64,000 bases of DNA from Longimicrobiales bacterium. GTDB lineage: Bacteria > Gemmatimonadota > Gemmatimonadetes > Longimicrobiales > Gaopeijiaceae. Position numbers and translations under genes: made by a program. Numbering within the stretch: the stretch's first letter is position 1; each line of letters opens with the position of its first letter. The notes beneath the pieces were generated by a model. The model saw only the letters and a list, made by a program, of their open reading frames with translations. It searched no databases and was not told where the DNA came from. Shown in pieces: positions 58,421 through 64,000 of this stretch. Where the stretch lies: contig CBDFIQ010000001.1 of the NCBI GenBank assembly GCA_965248195.1, forward strand, positions 1,216,001-1,280,000, in the 5' to 3' direction.

Positions 58421-59266
58421 CTATCTATTCCCGCCCGTGTTCGTTTCAATCAGGATCACCCCATTGGACGCATTCGCGAACTGGGCGCCGGCGGAAGGAC
58501 CCCGGAGGACGCGGATACGCGCTACTACACTCGCAGGAATGAGCTCTAAGACATGGAGAAAGGAGGATCCGGAGCGCCCGTCATACGCTAGAGCGCCATC
58601 GACATAAATGGCGGGATCATTCGTCAGGGATATCGAAGTCGCACCCCGGATTCGAATCTGGACCCCGCTGCCCAGTGCGCCATCTTGACCCCTGATCTCC
58701 AGGCCGGGGACCTTCTCGGCGAGGAGATCGGCCGCAGTATGCGAAAGGTCGGTGTCGCTAAGGACGACCTCCGCCACGGAAGACCCGGAGCGCCTCGACG
58801 CCCGCTGGGCGACCACCACAAGCTCTTCCAGAACCACCTCGACGCGGCCGAGACGGATCTGAACAAGGCCCACCTCGGCCGGCGTGACTTCAATTTTCTC
58901 TACCACCGAAGTGTAGCCGGGTAGCTCAGCCCGTAGAGTGATCTCACCTGCACTGAGATCGGAGACCAGGAACCCTCCGTTCTCGTCAGAGACCGTCTTG
59001 AAATCCGTATTGATCACCGAAACGACAGCGCCCGCAAGGGACGCACCGCTCGTTCCGTCCACGACAACGCCGACCAGGACACCACGAGCCTGGGCACCGA
59101 GAGGGAAGTTCGGAACGATGAGCAATGCCCCCAAAACGACGACGGCACGCAGGACCGGAACTTCTCGAACTGTGAAAATGACAGCCCCCCGTCGGATAAA
59201 GGTACGGAGCACTCGCAATGGCCCCGAATGGTGCTGGCTAGCCCGCGGGCCCCAGACTCTGTTCAT
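58421..59266 (-). CDS. Carboxypeptidase-regulatory-like plus TonB plug domain protein without a beta-barrel (start uncertain)
   Basis: GVVVD..GA.V, LEELVV, KVPGL, IRIRGATS, PAIYVDG, VLRGPSA..ASNGVILIET, then stop. Confidence 0.75.
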   Translation of the reverse strand: MNRVWGPRASQHHSGPLRVLRTFIRRGAVIFTVREVPVLRAVVVLGALLIVPNFPLGAQARGVLVGVVVDGTSGASLAGAVVSVINTDFKTVSDENGGFLVSDLSAGEITLRAELPGYTSVVEKIEVTPAEVGLVQIRLGRVEVVLEELVVVAQRASRRSGSSVAEVVLSDTDLSHTAADLLAEKVPGLEIRGQDGALGSGVQIRIRGATSISLTNDPAIYVDGALAYDGRSGSSFLHVLELIPASVVARIRVLRGPSAGAQFANASNGVILIETNTGGNR

Positions 59267-59394
59267 AAATCTGTACCCGGTGACGAAGCGAAAAGTGCCC
59301 CGCTGGCTCGTCCGGACTGCGTCTCTGGGGCCTCCTGATCCGACCGGATCGGCGACCCAGACCGTCAGCTCGCTGAAGGCCGAGTTAGAGGCAT

Positions 59395-59458
59395 AGAAAC
59401 GAAGTAAGTGGAACCAAAAGGAGCCTCTCCATGGACATAGAGAGGCTCCTCTGGTCCC
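59395..59458 (-). terminator. Hairpin or terminator downstream of monooxygenase copy 3
   Basis: AGGAGCCTCTC/GAGAGGCTCCT stem followed by a T-rich tract on the minus strand. Confidence 0.55.
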
Positions 59459-59501
59459 CACCGGCGTAAATACCAGTTAAGAAACCCAGTAAAGCTAGTC
59501 C

Positions 59502-60845
59502 TTAGCCACCGCCCTGCTGCGCGACCGTCTGGACCTCTCTTTCAGCCTTGAGCGTCTCGTAACCCTCATCGTCGAGGTGAGTTACGGCTATCCAGGCATG
59601 CGACATCTCGTCGGCCGTGCGGCTGCCCCGCCCGACCCAAACCTCCGGATCGGGGTTGTACGGATTGTTTTCCGTATTGTCATACCATGCGGTGAGAATC
59701 ATGACCGCACCGGTGGGCACCAACGGCGCCACATCCTCTTCGTACAGGTGGCTCAGGTGCCAATGCGCATTCCAATTGGAGATCATACTCACCATCTCCC
59801 GCTCGCCCGTCTCCGGGTAGAAGATCTCCAAGGACTTAGCGACCAGCCTCAGGTGCCCGTGTGGCTGGAAGCTGTCGATACGGACCGGGTGGTCCCACGT
59901 GTGGAACCCCTGGGTCATCGCAGTCCCGTGGGGAGCAATATCGAGGTCGCCCTCTAAGCGGTAATTGCGCAAACTCTGCTCATACTCGGGCTCATAACCC
60001 TCGGGATAAAGCCAGAAGGCGACCGACATCACGTCGTCCACGACCTCTTCGCCCATGGGGTAGAGGTGGATGCTCCAGCGCACATAGGAGTCGACAGGAA
60101 GCAGCCGCGCGGCGTCACTCGGGACAATCTCCCCGAGTTTTCCAAGCGCGTATTCGGTGAAACGACCACGCTGGCTCTTCAGCTCACCGTCTTCCATGAC
60201 GCTCATGGTGGTGTTGGCGTGGTGCACGACCTTATAACCCTCCAGGGACGGCTTGACCTCGATGGCCCTGATATACCGAGGCGTAGTGTTCCCGATGGGA
60301 ACGAGGGGCTCCCACCACAGGTCTTGGCCATCGGCCGGAACCGTAATGGGCTTCGACTCGACCACGATGTCCGGCTCTCCGTAGTCGTACTCGGCCGCCA
60401 GCCGCCACTCGCCGAGGTCAGGGAATCTCCGGGGGGGGGGCATGTCCGCCGGGTCGCCCTCGACGGCGCCCTGGTCGACCCACTGGGCGATCGTCTCGAT
60501 GTCTTCCGAAGACAGACGCTTGTCACTCTTCAGGGCCTGAACGCCCACATCGGTATCGTAGTGATACGGCGGCATTTGCTGCGTGGTCACCTTGAGCTTG
60601 ATCAGCGGTGCGTACAGCTTCGCCTGCTCGTAGGTAATCAGAGACATGGGCCCGATCGAGCCATCCCGATGGCACAGCTGACAGTTCTGCTGAAGAATCG
60701 GGGCTACGTCCCTCGTGAACGTGACGTGAGCCATCTCTTGGGAGAGGGCCTGTCCGTGAAAGGATGCGAGGGCGACGCTGACCACCGCGGGCACGCTAGC
60801 CCAGCCAACTCTCCGCCTCCATGAATCGGATCTCTTCTCTCTCAT
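59502..60845 (-). CDS. Heme c-fused PHM/DBH-like copper monooxygenase, copy 3 (Gln type)
   Basis: CQLCH and MPPY. VVHH, IHLYP, FQPHGH, DEM. Signal peptide. Confidence 0.9.
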   Translation of the reverse strand: MREKRSDSWRRRVGWASVPAVVSVALASFHGQALSQEMAHVTFTRDVAPILQQNCQLCHRDGSIGPMSLITYEQAKLYAPLIKLKVTTQQMPPYHYDTDVGVQALKSDKRLSSEDIETIAQWVDQGAVEGDPADMPPPRRFPDLGEWRLAAEYDYGEPDIVVESKPITVPADGQDLWWEPLVPIGNTTPRYIRAIEVKPSLEGYKVVHHANTTMSVMEDGELKSQRGRFTEYALGKLGEIVPSDAARLLPVDSYVRWSIHLYPMGEEVVDDVMSVAFWLYPEGYEPEYEQSLRNYRLEGDLDIAPHGTAMTQGFHTWDHPVRIDSFQPHGHLRLVAKSLEIFYPETGEREMVSMISNWNAHWHLSHLYEEDVAPLVPTGAVMILTAWYDNTENNPYNPDPEVWVGRGSRTADEMSHAWIAVTHLDDEGYETLKAEREVQTVAQQGGG

Positions 60846-61176
60846 CTTCCTCTCCTTTTATGCGGCAGGATCGTCACCGCAATGCAATTGCCCCCCCCAA
60901 AACACCACTCCAATATGATTCTCAGCGACGGAGCTTGCTCACGTCACTGGACTCGACAGCACTAAAACGAGGTAAATCCCGGTATCTCACCACACCATCA
61001 CACTACCTTCTGGCATTGTCAAGTGTTCCTAACCAAACAAACCTGAGGGCCCCGTTCGGGCCCCCGTAAGCGTACTTCGCCAACACCTCAGCCTCCTCTC
61101 CGGCTAAATATTGTGCCGTCAGGATCCGCCGCTGCCGGGCCGAAAACGACAGGGCCGCGTAGCGAGCGGTAGGCCG

Positions 61177-62133
61177 CTAAGGGGATACCGTTACGCGGAT
61201 GTACCCGTTCGTCCAGCAACATTGGTCGCCGGGGGAGCCTTCGAGGGGGTTAAAGCTATCGACGCGGACGCGCAGGATGTATGTGCCGGGTTCGCCGAAC
61301 GTCGCCGTCGTTGTGGCTTCACCATCTTCGTCGGGCTCCGGCTCCCCGCGTTCACCATCTTCGTCGGGCTCCGGCTCCTCGCCAAACTCTGCCGGACTAG
61401 GTCCCTGATGCGTGTACCATTTCACACCAGGAGTAATACGCTCTCGATCACTCCCTACCCCCCGGGCCTCCGGGTCAAACCGATCAGCGACCCAGACCGT
61501 CAGCGTCAGCGGTGTGCCGACGGACGCGGCCATGGGAAGGGGATTCCGAACGCTTCCAATCGGGCTCTCTCCCTCTAACGCCACTGGATCGGTAGCGGGA
61601 TTGCCGGATGTAGACATCGGGCCCCAGAGTTCGAGCCCATTCCGGCTCAACTTGAGCATCGGGGGCAGGGAGCCCATCGCCATCGCACCGTGACTGAGGG
61701 CATAGGCGCCTATCCCGATCCTTCCCGGGACTGAATGTGTCACGCCATGAGCGGTAATCGTCCAGACCACCCTGCCGCCGCTTTCCGCAAAATCCCCCGG
61801 CAAGGTGATGGTGAAGACACCATTATCCCGACGCGGCGAGAAGAGAGTAGGTTGTGTCCCATTGAACTCGGCTGGTTCGATAGAGTTGTCCGGCCCGACG
61901 GGGAGGCTCACTACCTCTTCCCGATTGCGGTTGAAGTATCCGAATGAGACCGTATAGGTGCCGTTCGCATTCGGGTACCATCCCTCAAAAAAAGGGGTTA
62001 CAGCGAGACCGTGGGTAGCCAAGTTTCGCTGCTGCGCTGACAGCGGCCTTCTATCCTGTGCGTCCAGGGGTGCCCAACTCAGAACGGCAAGCGCCAGTGC
62101 GAGGCATCCGACGCATACACGGTGCTTCATCAT
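61177..62133 (-). CDS. Secreted 'CCWTN' protein, copy 3
   Basis: PFFEGWYPNANGTY, GPDNSIEP, FGEPGTY, CCWTNGY. TAAGGAG RBS before the ATG at 62133. Confidence 0.88.
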   Translation of the reverse strand: MMKHRVCVGCLALALAVLSWAPLDAQDRRPLSAQQRNLATHGLAVTPFFEGWYPNANGTYTVSFGYFNRNREEVVSLPVGPDNSIEPAEFNGTQPTLFSPRRDNGVFTITLPGDFAESGGRVVWTITAHGVTHSVPGRIGIGAYALSHGAMAMGSLPPMLKLSRNGLELWGPMSTSGNPATDPVALEGESPIGSVRNPLPMAASVGTPLTLTVWVADRFDPEARGVGSDRERITPGVKWYTHQGPSPAEFGEEPEPDEDGERGEPEPDEDGEATTTATFGEPGTYILRVRVDSFNPLEGSPGDQCCWTNGYIRVTVSP

Positions 62134-62213
62134 CGACTCCTTATTCATCAATGTGGCTTTCACTCAACTCTACGGCGACACGCCCGCTCGCTGAAGGCCG
62201 AGTCCGGGGCGTA

Positions 62214-62275
62214 GAAACGAAATAAATGGGGACCAGAGGAGCCTCTCGATAAACATGAGAAGCTCCTCTGGTCCC
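62214..62275 (-). terminator. Hairpin or terminator between monooxygenase copy 4 and the CCWTN gene
   Basis: GGGACCAGAGGAGC/GCTCCTCTGGTCCC 14-bp stem followed by a T-rich tract on the minus strand. Confidence 0.55.
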
Positions 62276-62315
62276 TACCGGCGTAAAACGCTAGTACAAC
62301 AACACCTACCTACTC

Positions 62316-63659
62316 CTAGCCGCCGCCCTGCTGCGCGACCGTCTGGACCTCTCTTTCAGCCTTGAGCGTCTCGTAACCCTCATCGTCGAGGTGAGTTACG
62401 GCTATCCAGGCATGCGACATCTCGTCGGCCGTGCGGCTGCCCCGCCCGACCCAAACCTCCGGATCGGGGTTGTACGGATTGTTTTCCGTATTGTCATACC
62501 ATGCGGTGAGGATCATGACCGCACCCGCGGGCACCAACGGCGCCACATCCTCTTCGTACAGGTGGCTCAGGTGCCAATGTGCACTCCAATTGGAGATCAT
62601 ACTCACCATCTCCCGCTCGCCCGTCTCCGGGTAGAAGATCTCCAAGGACTTAGCGACCAGCCTCAGGTGCCCGTGTGGCTGGAAGCTGTCGATACGGACC
62701 GGGTGGTCCCACGTGTGGAACCCCTGGGTCATCGCAGTCCCGTGGGGGGCAATATCGAGGTCGCCCTGTAAGGCGTAACTGCGCAAACTCTGCTCATGCT
62801 CGGGCTCATAACCCTCGGGATAAAGCCAGAAGCCGACCGACATCACGTCGTCCACGACCTCTTCGCCCATGGGGTAGAGGTGGATGCTCCAGCGCACATA
62901 GGAGTCGACAGGAAGCAGCCGTGCGGCGTCACTCGGGACAATCTCCCCGAGTTTTCCAAGCGCGTATTCGGTGAAACGACCACGCTGGCTCTTCAACTCA
63001 CCGTCTTCCATGACGCTCATGGTGGTGTTGGCGTGGTGCACGACCTTACGGCCCTCCACGGAAGGCTTGACCTCGATGGCCCTGATATACCGAGGCGTAG
63101 TGTTCCCGATGGGAACGAGGGGCTCCCACCACAGGTCTTGGCCGTCGGCCGGAACCGTAATGGGCTTCGACTCGACCACGATGTCCGGCTCGCCGTAGTC
63201 GTACTCGGTCTTCAGCCGCCAATCGCCGAGGTCAGCGAACCTCCGGGGCGGGGGCAGGTCCGCCAGGTCGCCCTCGACGGCGCCCTGGTCGACCCACTGG
63301 GCGATCGTCTCGATATCTTCCGGAGACAGACGCATGTCACCCTTCAGGGCCTGAATGCCTACATCGGTATCGTAATGATACGGCGGCATTTGCTGCGTGG
63401 TCACCTTGAGCTTGATCAGCGGTGCGTACAGCTTCGCCTGCTCGTAGGTAATCAGAGACATGGGCCCGATCGAGCCATCCCGATGGCACAGCTGACAGTT
63501 CTGCTGAAGAATCGGGGCTACGTCCCTCGTGAACGTGACGTGAGCCATCTCTTGGGAGAGGGCCTGTCCGTGAAAGGATGCGAGGGCGACGCTGACCACC
63601 GCGGGCACGCTAGCCCAGCCAACTCTCCGCCTCCATGAATCGGATCTCTTCTCTCTCAT
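62316..63659 (-). CDS. Heme c-fused PHM/DBH-like copper monooxygenase, copy 4 (Gln type)
   Basis: Same motifs as copy 3. About 19 substitutions in 447 aa by manual comparison. Confidence 0.9.
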   Translation of the reverse strand: MREKRSDSWRRRVGWASVPAVVSVALASFHGQALSQEMAHVTFTRDVAPILQQNCQLCHRDGSIGPMSLITYEQAKLYAPLIKLKVTTQQMPPYHYDTDVGIQALKGDMRLSPEDIETIAQWVDQGAVEGDLADLPPPRRFADLGDWRLKTEYDYGEPDIVVESKPITVPADGQDLWWEPLVPIGNTTPRYIRAIEVKPSVEGRKVVHHANTTMSVMEDGELKSQRGRFTEYALGKLGEIVPSDAARLLPVDSYVRWSIHLYPMGEEVVDDVMSVGFWLYPEGYEPEHEQSLRSYALQGDLDIAPHGTAMTQGFHTWDHPVRIDSFQPHGHLRLVAKSLEIFYPETGEREMVSMISNWSAHWHLSHLYEEDVAPLVPAGAVMILTAWYDNTENNPYNPDPEVWVGRGSRTADEMSHAWIAVTHLDDEGYETLKAEREVQTVAQQGGG

Positions 63660-63715
63660 CTTCCTCTCCTTTTATGCGGCAGGATCGTCATTGCCGTCAG
63701 CATCCCAACTCGCGA

Positions 63716-64000
63716 TTACGGTAGCCGCAGTGCCACCAGCGCCGCAGGGGTCCGTCCGCCGGTCTGCACCACGATGAACTGTTTCCCTTCGTGCATGTAC
63801 GTCATCATGCCGTACTGGCCGGCGCCTGGCAGATCGATGGTCCCCAAGCGCTCACCCGTCAGCTTGTCCACGGCATGGAGACGCGCCTCACCACCCCCGC
63901 CCTCGGCCGTCAACAGCAGCGTCTTCGTGACCATCGTGATGGCCTTCGAGGTCTGGCCGGTGTTAGGCAGGTCCACCCCTTGCAGTGCCGGATGGTTCCT
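63716..64000 (-). CDS. C-terminal part of a PQQ-dependent dehydrogenase (runs off the window)
   Basis: NHPALQGVDLPNTG..LHAVDKLTGERLG..MTYMHEGKQF..LVALRLP matches the C-termini of the genes at 25018 and 56347. Confidence 0.85.
   Translation of the reverse strand, partial: RNHPALQGVDLPNTGQTSKAITMVTKTLLLTAEGGGGEARLHAVDKLTGERLGTIDLPGAGQYGMMTYMHEGKQFIVVQTGGRTPAALVALRLP

Larger units (their letters stand above)
59368..60876. repeat. Copy A of a ~1.5-kb direct duplication (copy B at 62186-63690)
   Basis: Near-identical monooxygenase CDS and 31 nt of upstream sequence, plus a homologous downstream hairpin region. Confidence 0.92.

Noticed and set aside
59267..59461. N-terminal extension of the plug-domain ORF as called in the track
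   Set aside because: It runs through the terminator hairpin and the putative CCWTN remnant, so it is unlikely to be translated.
1..64000. RiPP precursor peptides ending in Gly as substrates for the PAM-like enzymes
   Set aside because: I found no small ORF with an RBS, leader and Gly-terminated core near the modules. ORFs under 60 aa were not exhaustively examined.

Overview
GC-rich bacterial window. The SusC/SusD pairs, plug-only lipoproteins and gene style suggest Gemmatimonadota, but this is inference. Almost every gene encodes an exported (Sec, Tat or lipoprotein) enzyme or outer-membrane protein. I recognised no transcription factor, inner-membrane transporter, rRNA, tRNA, CRISPR array or transposase. 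Contents: a Tat-signal LeuC-like hydro-lyase with three divergent LeuD-like subunits; an octaheme cytochrome c; three SusC/SusD pairs with no CAZymes; five PQQ dehydrogenases; PhoD and a Tat-signal PhnA; and several hydrolase-fold proteins with altered active sites. The most striking element is a repeated module resembling the eukaryotic peptide-amidating enzyme PAM. It comprises four heme c-fused PHM/DBH-type copper monooxygenases with all six Cu ligands, five PAL-like NHL beta-propellers, and an uncharacterised secreted partner ending in a vicinal-cysteine CCWTN motif. The partner lies immediately downstream of three monooxygenases, and a possible remnant of it lies downstream of the fourth. 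The two monooxygenases carrying the PHM-type Arg sit with PAL-like genes, whereas the two carrying the DBH-type Gln do not. Non-coding candidates include a structured leader shared by two susC genes, a doubled palindromic operator, two minisatellites, a duplicated translation-initiation region and a recent 1.5-kb gene duplication.
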